Of a stretch of DNA of 64,000 nucleotides, positions 1 through 12,664 are shown piece after piece. A program made the translations under genes and the position numbers. Origin of the DNA: Veleropilina oligotropha (Eukaryota); contig JBEUKZ010000123.1 in the NCBI GenBank assembly GCA_048128005.1, positions 1 through 64,000 on the forward strand. The letters are read 5' to 3'. The stretch's first letter is position 1. Each line of letters starts with the position of its first letter. The notes under the pieces are model-generated. The model made no database searches and was not told where the DNA came from. It was given only the letters and a program-made list of their open reading frames with translations.

Positions 1-95
1 CGAATACGGAATTTTTTCTGGGTGTATGGAGGATTTTTTGTTTTTGTTGTGGAAGTAAATAAATACTTCAATATATTATATCCATGACTACATAC

Positions 96-886
96 CACCT
101 CAGGCTCTCTTGCTAGTTTCATGTTGACTTCTTTCTTCTGCCAGGTACCTCTTGATTTATTATCAACAACCTAAAATAATTGAATATTTAATAATAACAG
201 GCTATATATAATATGTAAGTTTAGGCATAGCGAGAGGAGAGGTCATGGTCCAACACCTCAAGTCATTTGCCACTATTACCTGTTTGATTTATTCAAGTTA
301 TGAATACCACCACAACTCATAAAATAGCAAGGGATATTCATAACATTTTAACCTTTAGGCGACAATTTAAATAGGTCTTACAAATAAAATATTCTATACA
401 ACGTAAATTGTAATATTAAAAAATATTGCGACAAGTAATATTTGGCATAATACTAAATTAATAAAAGAATATCTCAATAAACGGTAAATCCTTTTCACAA
501 TATATTTATATTTATATAAGCAAAGAGGTACAAAGACAGCATTTATATAAACCGGCTTTCATTTACCTATATAAGCAATAAGGCAACGTCAATTCATTAT
601 AGCCAAAGCGAAGAGCATAGATCTATTCGACCTGCATTAATTATTATACAAATGTAATATGTAGTGGATGTCGGTCACTGTTTTAGCAGACAAGTCCATA
701 CAACGAACCGATTGAAAACTAGGTGATCATTCAAACAAATTGAGTTTACTCATCATCAATGATACCAGTTTTCTGAAGATCTAGTTTTATACTTACATTT
801 AAGCTGACTGCTTGTCGTTCCTCTGCTAATTTTGCTTTCTGGTCTTTTATAAATTTATCAATATCTGTTTCAACCATTGTTCCCAT
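96..886 (-). CDS. CSPP1: CSPP1-like (centrosome and spindle pole-associated protein 1) 5' coding exons: 886-797 and 170-96; gene continues beyond left edge
   Basis: Exon 900-797 (acceptor ttag at 901-904, donor gtaagt at 796) encodes MGTMVETDIDKFIKDQKAKLAEERQAVSLN, resembling the CSPP1 motif DNLDEFIEEQKARLAEDK as I recall it. Next exon 170-96 (acceptor ttttag, donor gtatgt) continues in phase 0 as VVDNKSRGTWQKKEVNMKLAREPEV. A probable non-coding first exon ends at the donor gtaagc (2174). Confidence 0.6.
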
Positions 887-1279
887 AATCCACCATTAAT
901 CTAAGTAAATAAATATAAACAACGGTTATGAGCATTAAATTACAACTTCACATAAAGAAATTTGAATGCAGCATATTAATAAATGACAAAAGTAAGGGCC
1001 CAAGCTAATGTGTATAACAAGTTTTGTACAGTTTAGGAGATATTATCCGGAAAAATGTTGGACGGATGAAAAAACAAATGGATGAACGATAAACTATAGG
1101 CGGCTACATTAAGGCCTATACTAGTATATAATATGATATCCCCTGCGATTTTGTAAAACACAGGATTGTAATTATTTCTGATTGATTCATGAAGTTTTGA
1201 CTTCTTAATTGTGTTTGATTCCATAATTATTATAAACCAGTTCATATTAAACATTTATGTCAGTTCTCAATATTTAAAT

Positions 1280-1910
1280 AGAAGATATAGGCCTATAATA
1301 GCCTTTATAGCGAGCACGAAGTGCGAGCTCTTATAGGCTAACATGTGTGTAGAAAATAATGAATTCTCAACAAAATCAAAAAGGCATACCGTTGTTAAAA
1401 TATAACAAAACGGAAACCCGAAATTGAGGAATTCTGGGATTGGTATTACAAAAACATGGAGCTATTCGTTTATGGGTAATAATTATGATAGAATATTTTT
1501 ATTTTTTTTGTCAAGAGTGTCAAGCGCAAAGCGCTTGCACATTAAACATGCTTATTACATGCACGTAGCGCCTGTCATAAATAATAAATTCTTATTAAGT
1601 TTAAATTTTCATTTCTATGGTTTGCGTAAATGTGACGTCATCGCGCTACATTTCAAATTCGGTCGAATGTCGTCTTGTCAACGTTCAGAATGATTCGGAG
1701 CATAACGGAATTTACAGATCGAATCAAACTTGGGCCAGGACACGGAACGGTCAAAGTTGAGCCAATATAATTATGTACTAGCTGGACAATATTGAAAAAG
1801 GAACTAAGGCATTCTATTAAATAGTGGTTTTGTAATTAGTTTTAATAATTATATGTACATACATACTGTTATACCTGAGTGCTCGTTTCTAGGTAGCACC
1901 TACAACATAT
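1280..1910. mobile_element. Non-autonomous DNA element with mini-hairpins
   Basis: Hairpins gagcacgaagtgcgagctc (1312) and caagcgcaaagcgcttg (1521). Its end ctaggtagcacctacaacatatt resembles the ends of the 28457-29566 tandem units. Confidence 0.4.
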
Positions 1911-2229
1911 TATGGGACTGTATTATGGACTATTTTATATGAACGTTGTCCTTTGTATAAAACAAAGAGTTAGAATTGCCCTTGGTCTTTTATTTTGGAA
2001 ATAATGCATTATCGTCGTTTATCTTCCCTTGATTCCGGTCAAAGCGTGTCTAGCAACAACCAAACAAGAACCTTGTCAAATACCTTGGCGCGAAATATAG
2101 GCCTCAAACAACGTTACATACATTGTCATTGTTATGGCTTATATAGATATGGTAACATTCAACAAATAGCTTACCAATAATATAAACAACTGACAATAAA
2201 TAACATAAAATGGTTAAAATACAAGTTTA

Positions 2230-2330
2230 CACTTCAAAATATCTCCATTTTGCGCATGTGCAAATCGCCGTTTCATATTGAACGAGACTTTGCGAGACCA
2301 ATATGTCAGCCTCCATTAAAAACGTCGTCT
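2230..2330. promoter_or_regulatory. Putative bidirectional promoter between CSPP1-like and CBR4
   Basis: NRF1-like TGCGCATGTGCA at 2251-2262 overlaps a YY1-like CCATTTTG at 2245-2252. The site lies between a minus-strand donor (2174) and the CBR4 ATG (2428). Confidence 0.55.
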
Positions 2331-2427
2331 GCTACCAAGTTTTACTGCAAAATTAAATATTCTTGTATAATAGCTTTACAGATTAAGAGCAAATATACCC
2401 CATGTATATTTATATACAAGCAGGTTA

Positions 2428-5400
2428 ATGTCAATACGAAATTGTGTGGTATTTGGAGGCTCCAAAGGAATTGGTAAAGCAATTTGCGCACGATTTTTAA
2501 GGGACAATTTTAGGGTTGCCGTTATATCTCGTAATAGGGAAAACGTGGACGGCTGTTTGGACCATCTACGTGGACTAGAAAGTAATTAAATAACTCTCAG
2601 CTTGTGTAGTATTTGGAGGCTCTGCTTCTTTATCTTTACCTATATCCACAGGGGCCCCGGGTCGCTGCTTAGGCCCCCCCCCCCAAATTCGTTGGTTCCT
2701 GTTACATGCTCATAAAAATTAGGGTAGGTAGGTAGGTAAGTATTTGTATTTTTGGAAAAGTTTTTTCATATATGTATCGATTTTCCCCAAAATTAAACAA
2801 CCAACTGATGAAAAATCCATGTCATATGGTAATATTCGGCCATTAATCCTATTTAATAGACATGTCACACATACAAAGCCTTCCAGAGAGAAAATAGGTT
2901 TGTCAGGAGCGAGATGGATTTTTGTAAAAAGTAAATCACTGATAAAAAGTTTAGGGTAGGGCTGAAAATTTAGGTAGGGTACCCGGTAGGGTAACAGGAA
3001 CCAAGACATTTTTTTTGGCCTTAAGTGCCATTCACACCAGCCGCATGTAGTGGGTTCGAATCTCAGTTGTGACTTTCGCATTATTTGTTCCGTTATGAAT
3101 CACAGTTGTCCATAAGTACTAACTTGTTGGGAGAGGGTGGTTTCCCCAGGCGACCAGTCTTTCATCCCACTGTAATATGGACATTTCCTGCTTTGAACCT
3201 GATGGTTGTAAATATACAGGACATTAAGCATCAATCCATTAAACCCATCCCTCTGAGGCTCATCATTGGCTGGAGACATTAATCTGGCACAACTCTTCAA
3301 CAATGGCTGACGCCACATTTAGTTTAATCCTGCGGTCTGATTGGCTGATGTCATATATTATTTAATTAATGAAAAAATGGGCATTGATAATACTGTAGTG
3401 TATTAAATTTCCTTATTATTCTTCCAGGTTATATTTATGTCATCAAGGCCGTCGGAAGCGGTCAGGCTTTGGCCTGACCAATATTTGGGGTGAGGGGGTA
3501 ACAAGAAAATGTTTCTACAGTATTATATTACCGCTGACTACATGTGTAAAACCATATATCCGGCGACTATGCTCTGTCCGCTTGTAGTGTTGTAGCTGAC
3601 ACTATAATTAACTTTTCTCATGCTAATTCTGCAGGCAGCTATTTGTACGTGTACCTAATACCTCCACATACCTGCCAGGAATATACCTGAGACATTTAGT
3701 TTGTGACGATAAGTTTAAAATATTTGGAAAAGACACTAATGTTCACTGTTATGGTGCACATCTAAATTTGGCAATGGTGCATGGTTCCGGTCGGTACTCT
3801 GCTATCTATAACTAGGTTCCCATTGAGACAGTTTAGTGTAAATGCGCTGTATAGGCCTAGGAACGGGATATTATAATTTCATTAATTTGGGTGCATATTA
3901 ATGCATATTTTATTAATCTGGTTGCATAATCTGAAGAAAGGTAATGCATAATTATGCAGGTTATTATTAAGTTGACCATGTTCTTTACATCATATGTATA
4001 TTCCACTAGCGGATCCAGGGGGGGGGGGGGGGGGGATGTATGTTTGATTGTGAATTTTTTTTATCTATGTACACTTATAGTGAAAAAGAAATTTAATAGT
4101 TGATAAGAAATATCGCGATTGCACTGTTAGAAATGATAGGGTTTCACACCGTTAATTGTCAAAATTTTCTTCGACCAAGTGGTCGGGACCCCCACCTTTT
4201 GGAAATCAGAAATGCATGTGTTTGATTGTCAAAAAACAAAATTTGTAATGATACATTTTAGTGAAAATGGTTCATAAATTTAATAAGAAATAACGTATTT
4301 GAACTGTCTGAATTCAAGAGAGGGGGTTTCAAATCATTAATTGTCAAATTTTTCTGGGGACCACTTTTAGAAATCAGACTTGCATGTATTTGATGTAAAA
4401 AAACGAAAATGCTGATATGAAATATCGTGCTTGCACTACCAGAATGCAGGAGTGGGGGTTTCACGAAATTAATAATAGTAGGCAAATTTGCCTGTGGGGC
4501 CCAGGTGATCCGAACCCTCATTGAAAATCAGAAATGCATGTGTTTGATTATGAAAAATCGAAAGATTGCCTCATATATTTTATTGAAAGTGATTCATACA
4601 TTGTGTCATGTGCGTAAGAAATATCACGTTTACAATACATTGTATTAATAATGCAGGAGAGGGGGTTTCACATCGTTATTTATCAAAAATTTTATTCTGA
4701 AGTGATTGAAATTATGATTTAAATTCATAGCATACTAATGTAACTCAAGTTGGAACATTGCCTTTGGCATTATTTAATTAATGATACCATAATGGATAAG
4801 ATTTCTGATTCCATTGTTTATACCTAGGAAACTCAGAAATAAATATTTCATAAAGTCATGTTCTTATAATAATGTCATTACTGAATAGAATTTAGAATAT
4901 ATAATATATTTGTTTCCCAAAACTCTCAAATTTTTTGGCAAATATAATGGTCAATAAATACTCAATATATAGCCCAGATTGCAGGAAACGCATTTAACTC
5001 TAAGACCTATACAGTTAAAAAAAATTCCGGGGGTAGTTAATCGGGGCCTTTGGGCTTTCACGGCTTTCGGCCATTCGCATTTTCACTCTTTTCCATTCAT
5101 ATGAGTTGGAAGCTCTGAGCCTGACCAATACTAAGTTGCTTCCGACGGGTCTGGTCATTGACATTATGATCAATAATAACAAGAACGATGCGTTCGGAAT
5201 ATGTCTTGACATTTCTTTATTTCCGTCAAATTTTCAGAACAGTTATAACGTTACAATGGCGAAGTGTAATTTATGACTTTAGTACCCCGTCGATTGTGAC
5301 GTCACTCAATGACGATTAATCTAAAGCGTCATCGTAATGATGTCATTGCTATTTACTATAATTATTTGACATACGTTATATAGCATATATGCATAAAAGT

Positions 5401-5541
5401 GCCTAATAAATGCATATTTTTGCAATATAATTATTGTGTCGCAAAAGTTATATACACGACCTACAAATACTCGTGGGAATGTGTGTACCAATTTTGGTGA
5501 AAATTGAGCCGTAGTTTTCAAATAAATCAACGGATATATAC

Positions 5542-5621
<80 letters not shown>

Positions 5622-8600
5622 GTATATATATATGTCTATATATACACACAGACCATTTGATAATGTCTTGTCATTTTTTACAAAAAGGTCAAGACATAAA
5701 AGCAGGATAAATTTGTCAATAAGCGACATGTTGTTAATCATGGCATATTGTGCACTTGAATTATGATGTCTGCCCATTCCTCATGTCACATTGTAACAAT
5801 GTTATGCAATGTGCCATGATTATCACGTTGGTAAAAGTTATTTTAATTATTTATTTCTCTTTTTAGCTAACAGTAATGTGTCCGGTTTTATATGCGACGT
5901 ACGAGATGAATCCAGGATAATTGACACAGTCGCTCTAATACAGAGAGACCTCGGTAGTATCGATGTAATGATTAATGCAGCAGGAGTGAATAAAGACCGT
6001 ATATTGCTGAAAGCTAAGTATGATGATATAGTCGATCAGATCAGTACTAACCTCATAGGTGCAGTGTTGACATCCAAAGCTGTCCTGAAAGATATGATAA
6101 AGAGAAAAGCTGGATCTATAATTAACATTGGTGAGTGTTTTAATATGTTGGTTTGAACATTCAACTTTCCTACAAGGGTAAAACACCTGCCTTTCAATTT
6201 TCAAGAGTGACTGCCTGCAATACCATCAACCATATAAGTTGATTAGAGTTCCCTCCCTTGTATTACAAACTGAACAAGAACCAAATGAAACTTATATTTA
6301 ATTTCCATTTATTTCTTTTATATTGCTGACCTCCATAGGGTAATGGTCACATCTTGACGTGCAAACTCCCAAAATCAGTTGGGAAAGACATATTCTATTT
6401 ATACAAGCTAGATGCTGGATGAAGCATATTTATCACATATCTAGGTAATGTTCCCATAGTGCAACACCATGTATTATTCGTCGTAATACACGTGTGAAAG
6501 CCATATTGAAATGCGATTGGATGAATTAATGAATGAAATTAGAACAGCCAATAGAACTGCGTGTCACTAAAGGTCGAGTGCACTTCTTGTTTTTACTACG
6601 TTTTGTTTACTACAATGTCATAATGAGATTGCCACCAATATTTGTAATGTTGACATTATGGCGGCGATAGTGGAAACATTTATAGCAACGGCCACAAAAC
6701 AACAACATGTTAGAGATTATTGGAACTGATTTTGAGGTAACGAGATTGCAGACGTGACAATCACATATATACAATCACATATATGCAGGACCAGAGGTAC
6801 ATAGCTTCTCCGCGATAGCAGACGTCAATGACAGATTCAAACCGGTCAGCGACACATATATCCCGCGTTACTGTTTTTGGCAGATAGTTTTAAATCATAA
6901 TGAAAATTGTTATTCTAATATGTTCATATAGTTTATATAAAGTTATATCGGTTCATTTTCAAAGAATATTTATTAGTTAACTTAATTAATCGACTGCTTT
7001 CGCACTCTTTTTGACCGCATTTTTACTAATTTATGTAATGAGTAAACACGATGTCCTTTTTGCATTAAACTGTTTACATATCACTACGCCGTAATGTCGC
7101 CTTCAATCTACTGCTGATTCTTCGTACCGGTGAGGCAATTTCGTGAGTTTGTAGTTTGTTTCCTACCGAAGAGCGATATGTGATAAACAGAACCTCACAC
7201 TCGTGGTAATGTAATATCACATTTATGAAAGTCGTTTAACTAATTAGTTAAACTCGTTTCATAAATGTGATATTACATTACCACTCATATGAGATCCTCT
7301 ATTTATCAGATAATGAGATGGAGAGGTTAGCTATTGAACCTTTGAAAATATCTGTTATGGTTGTTTTGTTGATGACAGTCATAAAATTGCTTCTAATTAT
7401 TAAATTACAGGTAGCATTATTGGAATCCATGGGAATTCTGGGCAGTGTGTGTATAGTGCTTCCAAAGCCGGGCTAGTAGGACTCACAAAGTCCTTGGCCA
7501 AGGAAGTGGGCAACAGAGGCATCAGAGTGAACCTTGTAGCTCCAGGTAATCATGGCATAATATTGAAGAGTCATTATCAATCAGTGATCCGATTTGTTCA
7601 TATTCTGAATGTTTCACACTTTGATCGGTTGAGAGTGTGATGAGGCCTCCTCCATGGCACAGTGTTAAGAGCCTCATTCCCAAACTACTCGCTGCATGAT
7701 ACGTGATGAAATATTCTGACAGATAGTATTTTAAAATAGAACAATAAACAAAGAAAAAAGAAATTTTGGATAGGAATGTATTATACTATGTACTTGGCCA
7801 GACAGTGCGTATGATGTTAGCAGTAAAATAATCCTATTTAAAACTTATCAATATCATTAAATTCTGATAGTTTCAACGGAATTCCTGTTACCCCAAGATA
7901 AATAAATCGTCCTAGACCTCCAGATGAATTTGTCAAAACACTAACATTGTTATTGCGAGTATTTCACAAGTCACCTTGTCTACTCCTCACCCGAGATACG
8001 AAGCTAGTGGTTATATTTATCCTATGCATGTAATGACATCCTGGTCATGCATGTTGAAAATGTGATTCATCTACCTCTTAATTCCTATGTATTAAAGGTT
8101 ATATCCAGACTGACATGACAAAAAGACTTCAATTAGACACAATTGTCAGTCAGATTCCATTGCAAAGAATTGGACAGCCAGAAGATGTAGCAGAGGTGGT
8201 CCGATTTATTGTAGACGCTACTTACGTAACTGGGCAGGTAATTCCTTGATAATCTCATCAGCAATGTCGCAGTTTGCGTGAATTTTCATTGATTTGTTTA
8301 ACATCATTAATTTGCTAGCAAGTTTATTTTAATGCTAAGGGAACATCTTGTTCCATTCTTGGAATGCTATTGTTAGATCATGGATGGTATCTTGGGAAGA
8401 ACAATGACCTATGCATCTTGAGAAATATGATGCATCATTCAATTTTCATAATTCGATTGAATGCTGTTCAGTAAGATTTGATTTGAACTGGTGTGTATAT
8501 AGTTCCCAGTAAACAGTCAGGGTCATATCGAGACATTCTATTGTCGTGAACGAAAATCCGGAAACCACGTCGATCAGTGAAGGCGCTTATATTTTTGTGT

Positions 8601-8840
8601 TTTTACAAGAAATCCGACATAAAATTTGACTTGAGTGTTACAATGATACCACCCGGATCGTACTTAGACCCAGAATAGAAAGAAATGCCAGTCATAGCTA
8701 ATATTTCAAGTTTAATAGATAGCATTTTAAGCGGAAGTCTGAATGTTGATTATTATTTGAGATTTGTACAGTCCACTGAATTCTATTTGTATTCTTTCCA
8801 GGTGATTCCAGTAGATGGAGGCTTAAGCCTCTCATTTTGA
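2428..8840 (+). CDS. CBR4: Carbonyl reductase 4 / mitochondrial 3-oxoacyl-ACP reductase (SDR); exons 2428-2581, 5867-6130, 7411-7545, 8098-8237, 8802-8840; 243 aa
   Basis: All introns are GT-AG with consistent phases (1,1,1,0), giving a 732-nt CDS. Motifs: [11 protein letters not shown] (Rossmann), [15 protein letters not shown], catalytic [48 protein letters not shown] at 8881. Confidence 0.93.
2672..3020. mobile_element. MITE with TTA target duplication (Zator/Harbinger-type)
   Basis: TIRs ggcc...ttggttcctgttac / gtaacaggaaccaa...ggcc; TTA on both sides (2669-2671, 3021-3023); internal ggtagg repeats. Confidence 0.75.
3030..3240 (+). mobile_element. SINE family A copy (5' degenerate)
   Basis: B-box-like gggttcgaatc and body gttatgaatcacagttgtcc...gacattaagcatcaatc shared with copies at 9293, 19757, 37468, 56156, 57460. 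Confidence 0.7.
3444..5153. mobile_element. Non-autonomous TIR element (CA-terminus, hAT-like ends) carrying a nested ~165-bp tandem array at ~4005-4690
   Basis: TIR caaggccgtcggaagc / gcttccgacgggtctg; GTCAT on both flanks. Internal units gaaatcagaaatgcatgtgtttgatt at ~4203, 4370, 4524 are related to sequence at 15400, 39500 and 48115. Confidence 0.6.
5177..5702 (-). mobile_element. Helentron-associated interspersed element (HINE) with (TA)n microsatellite
   Basis: Sub-TIR atgtcttgac / gtcaagacat, aacaaga end, (TA)n at 5543-5643. Confidence 0.55.
6427..7302 (-). mobile_element. ~880-bp long-hairpin non-autonomous DNA element (Crypton-like), copy 1, in CBR4 intron 2
   Basis: Reverse-complement near-identity with 49605-50492; ~80-bp palindrome at 7203-7284; sub-terminal IR tttatcacatatc / gatatgtgataaa. 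Confidence 0.8.
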
Positions 8841-9005
8841 TATAATGACCATGATTTACGTTTCGTCTCTTACTGTGTGCAATAAAGTTGTTATTTTCTA
8901 TCTCTATTGCTTGCTTTATTTCTATAATTATATAATGGTAATAAATATATAAGCAGTTTAAAACAATGAAATAGTCAATTCCTACTGGATAAATCTTAAT
9001 AGAAT

Positions 9006-9280
9006 GCAGCTGTGGTACAGTGGTAGATGCACTGACCTCTCACTTGAGAGGTTTGGGGTTCAACCCCGATCCCGGCGACTTCCCTTGGGCAAGGAATTAA
9101 GCATATATTGCCTCGGTTCACCCAGCCGATCCGAGATCTAAATGGGTACTGGTGGGCAGGAAGGAATATTGAATGAACAGGCCAATAACCAGGTAATAAT
9201 AATGTAAGCACTTTGAGCACGCATCTCGTATGTGTGGGAAAGCGCAGATAAATCTTCAAATTATTATTATTATTATTATT
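9006..9280 (+). mobile_element. tRNA-derived SINE family B with L2-like 3' tail
   Basis: A box tggtacagtggt, B box ggttcaacccc, central cccttgggcaag, 3' aagcactttgagc...aagcgcagataaat and a (TTA)n tail. Confidence 0.75.
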
Positions 9281-9292
9281 CAGAGTGGCCTG

Positions 9293-9551
9293 GGGCCACT
9301 TCGACAGTCTTGTTGTTTCGGTTGCAGTCTCTGAAATCACTGGCTTGATTGATTCCACTGACATGAACATGAGTGGGTTCAAACCTTACTTGGAACATTG
9401 TCATTATTTGCTCATTATGGATCACAGTTGTTCATTCTGATCGGGGAGGCCAGGTTTCCCCTAGTAACTTGGCTTTTCTCCCGTAATAATATGGACATGT
9501 CCGGCTTTGTAGGTTGTAAATATACAGAACATTAAGCATCAGTCTTATCCA
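9293..9551 (+). mobile_element. SINE family A, full-length copy with 15-bp TSD
   Basis: Flanked by attcagagtggcctg at 9278-9292 and 9552-9566; body matches other family A copies. Confidence 0.8.
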
Positions 9552-10409
9552 ATTCAGAGTGGCCTGTCTTTCAGACAAGTATTCAAAATACTATCGAAGT
9601 CCTCACCTGCATTCGTACTTTATGCATGTAACACTGTTTTCTAGAAAATAGAAATGTGCCGGTCCTTCCTCATTTTGGACATCCAACATTCACTTCTGGA
9701 CAGGAACAAACAAGATATTCCAGATTTCTGTTCCCTTGCAAATCCAGATTTTGTTTTGAAAATCTGGCCGCGCCAGTTGCAGTGCTGATTCACTCAGTTT
9801 ACTGCTCTTTCTAACAGGTTTCATTCAAACCTTGATTGAGCCATTCTTTTTTCAGTTATCAATCACATTTGACCAGAGAGGACTGTTTTTTTTCCTGGTG
9901 ACCTGGCTTTCCTTCCGTGATAATATGAAAATGTCCTTGTATGAACCAGAAGGTTGTTAAAACGGAAGTTATGCCTTGACACAAATATCTCAAGGCGCAA
10001 TAATCAAACTCCTTCATCATGTATCAAGCAACTGTTACAGATCCTTCAGCAAAAAATGACAGATTCCTTTGCCATCTCTCCAGAGACTTGTCATCTCTTT
10101 GCCCAGATGATGTCCGGATGTCAATGGTACTCATACTGACTATTGACATTTATGCACAGTATAAACCTGCTGAAATTAATGATATTTGGATCGTCATGCA
10201 TTGCTTTTCATTGCAGATGAAACAATTGATGATTTATGAGGCAGATTCATGTATGGTTGCAATAAATTATCTGAACGTGTGATTAGGATATTACCATTCC
10301 CCAAGCAGAGAGTTTTTCCTCCGGTATAGTGCAGTACCACTTAAGTATTTTCGCACTTTGCATGGGGGGGGGGGGGGTGAATGTCTATGTACAGTGCTCA
10401 TTAAAAAGT

Positions 10410-10780
10410 TAAAAACACAAGGTGCGAGTCTACTGCTGGGCCAGCAGTGCTGGGCGGCCATGGACAGCTAGGTCTTGAAGCTGTCTAGGCTCTCGGCCTC
10501 CACCAATCCTCCGGGCAGGTTATTCCATAACCTGATCGTTGATGGGAAGAATGACGTGTTGTACGGGTGTGAGGTACAAGAAATCAGAGGGTGTGGCCTC
10601 TTGTCCGCATTGAGGTTTTCTGCAGGTAGCTGTCTGCTGGAATGTCCACTAGGCTGTATAACATGATGATCTGAGTGGCTTCACGTCGGCTCTGGAGTGA
10701 CTGCCACTGGAGTTTCTGTAGCATAGATGTTACACTGCTTGCGCGTTGGTAGTCTTCAGTGACGAATCTAGCTGCCCTAG
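10410..10780 (-). mobile_element. LINE (CR1/L2 group) ORF2 3' fragment
   Basis: AARFVTEDYQRASSVTSMLQKLQWQSLQSRR...TRGH and, in another frame, SFFPSTIRLWNNLP. Confidence 0.75.
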
Positions 10781-11261
10781 ATCTATCTATCGTCCCAGTC
10801 GAGCCTAATACTATCGTTTGTAGCATAGCACAATACATCATGCGTAGGAGAGTTGGATATAACACTATGACGATATAGGGATCTTAAAGTGGCACTTTAT
10901 ACCCTAAAACGTATCTCACGTTTTAGTAGCTCCCACAGTTCGGTAATGATTTACGCTTTTCCAAGTTGAATTGTCCATGTTTCTTGACACGACAATGAAG
11001 TCGCGAGTCTATCGCACACTAGAGAAGGGGTTCTATAAATAGTCAGACTTTTACAAGGGGCGCAAGGTCTGATCGATTTCGCACATTATTTTATGGTTTT
11101 CGATGGTCAGTGTAGTACCGACTGAATTTGGCATTAAAACCTTTAACCTGGTAAGTATTTACATTTAAACATATTATCAACTATTTTGGAATTATATTTA
11201 ATGTTGAAATATACATATACCCGATATTATGATATATTTTAACAAGGTATTTAAACTACTG

Positions 11262-11327
11262 ACTGAGTGATGTATCTCAGCTACTAACTGGGTGATGTAT
11301 TTCAGCTACTAACTGGGTGATGTCTTC
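11262..11327. repeat. 25-bp tandem repeat (~2.6 copies)
   Basis: actgggtgatgtatttcagctacta units. Confidence 0.8.
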
Positions 11328-11929
11328 CAAGTCCTGTCTGAGACCATAATGTTTTGCTTTTGTTGTTCTGACGAACATGACTTTCAACTATACTGATTAC
11401 GATATTCGTTTACACGTTTGTTTTGGTCTCTTTGACATCAAATCAAATCCTTTATCCACCAACATGTTGCACCAATAACGTTGAAAAGATCTTGGCTGCA
11501 AACGTGATTATGATATTTAAGTTGTCAGCATTATACGTACATAAAACAACCAAACACGTCCTAAATCATCAATAAATATGGTATTGTTACATACAACGAA
11601 AAAATACAGTTCACTTTCCGGTTGTGAATAGTAAAAGTACACACCTGTGCATTACACGAATTTAGGTAGGACACGCAAAGTCTACACTTTGCTACATGCA
11701 TAACGTTGCGAGTTGACTGTTTTCACATATGTCTGAATGCATTGGATATTATTTAAAAATAGTACTTTTTATGACTTCTAAAAGATATTGAAATAATTTA
11801 TGAAGGCTTAAAATAATGACAAAAATTAGCATCTTATATAATATAAGAGCTGATATCTATTGCTCCAGCTGTAGCTGATACAATTGATCGAGAAGTCGGA
11901 TTGTGGATCTATACCTGCCAATCAACATC

Positions 11930-12630
11930 TCAGTATGATAGTCAATAATATGGATCCACTCTGTGAACAGATGCTGGATACGGGAATCTGGAACATCAAA
12001 TGTTGGAATATTTGTCATTCCTCATGAATTGCCCGATTTCATTATTGATTATTCTGCACAAGTTGATCTCTCACCCTGTGCCCCAAATATGGTCAATGAG
12101 TTGAGATCAAAGCTTGCAGGCCATGTTTATGAATCTATCGCATTCTGCTGCAGGTGGTGGAGTACTTCTATTCCGCAATGAAGTCGTTCATTGTCACCCA
12201 TTAACACTGGACGGCTCGCAAGTGTATGATTATCAAAATGAGGAACAGCGACTACATCAAGGATGTCATCCTGGTATATTCGACAGCTTGGAGACCCAAT
12301 TACATGAACAAGATACACCTACCGTCATCTAGTCCCAGGAAATAACGGATTTCCAGAATGTTCCGCTGTGTGTGTGTAGAGCCTCGCAACATACATACAC
12401 CTATTCTACCAGCAGACGTTTGCAACAGGAAAAATTATCATCAGACCAATGCACTTTCCTTCAGGTCCTCTGTTCAAATGAACTTTGGTATTGCATCACC
12501 TTAGACATTTTTTGTACCTTCAGTAGAGGACACCTGGTTGAGCTTCGAAACCAGAGTTCCGAATCGTCCAACCTCCGTCTTCCCACGCATCAGTTGCCCG
12601 CGGTCTACAAGACCTTAATCTATCACTGAC
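11930..12630 (-). mobile_element. Degenerate Tc1-family transposase
   Basis: Minus-strand remnants HWSDD, YQDDILDVVAVPHF, PVLMGDNERLH and TWPAS-DLN match the Tc1 motifs FSDE, QDNARPH and WPARSPDLNPIE; many stops and frameshifts. Confidence 0.7.
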
Positions 12631-12664
12631 ATCCCGAGTTTAAAGTATGTTTACTTATCCAACG

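Noticed and set aside
5448..5777. ORFs rich in IYIYIY (also 32719-33309, 32833-33051)
   Set aside because: Translations of (TA)n microsatellites.
9006..9080. tRNA-like sequence (also SINE heads at 56156, 39285, 40440)
   Set aside because: A/B boxes continue into SINE bodies with tails or TSDs; no complete cloverleaf.
9600..10130. Possible RTE-type RT remnant on the minus strand
   Set aside because: Too degenerate to support by eye.
10390..10412. Tc1-like TIR start (tacagtgctc...) as an end of the 11.9-12.6 kb Tc1 remnant
   Set aside because: No matching inverted partner found.
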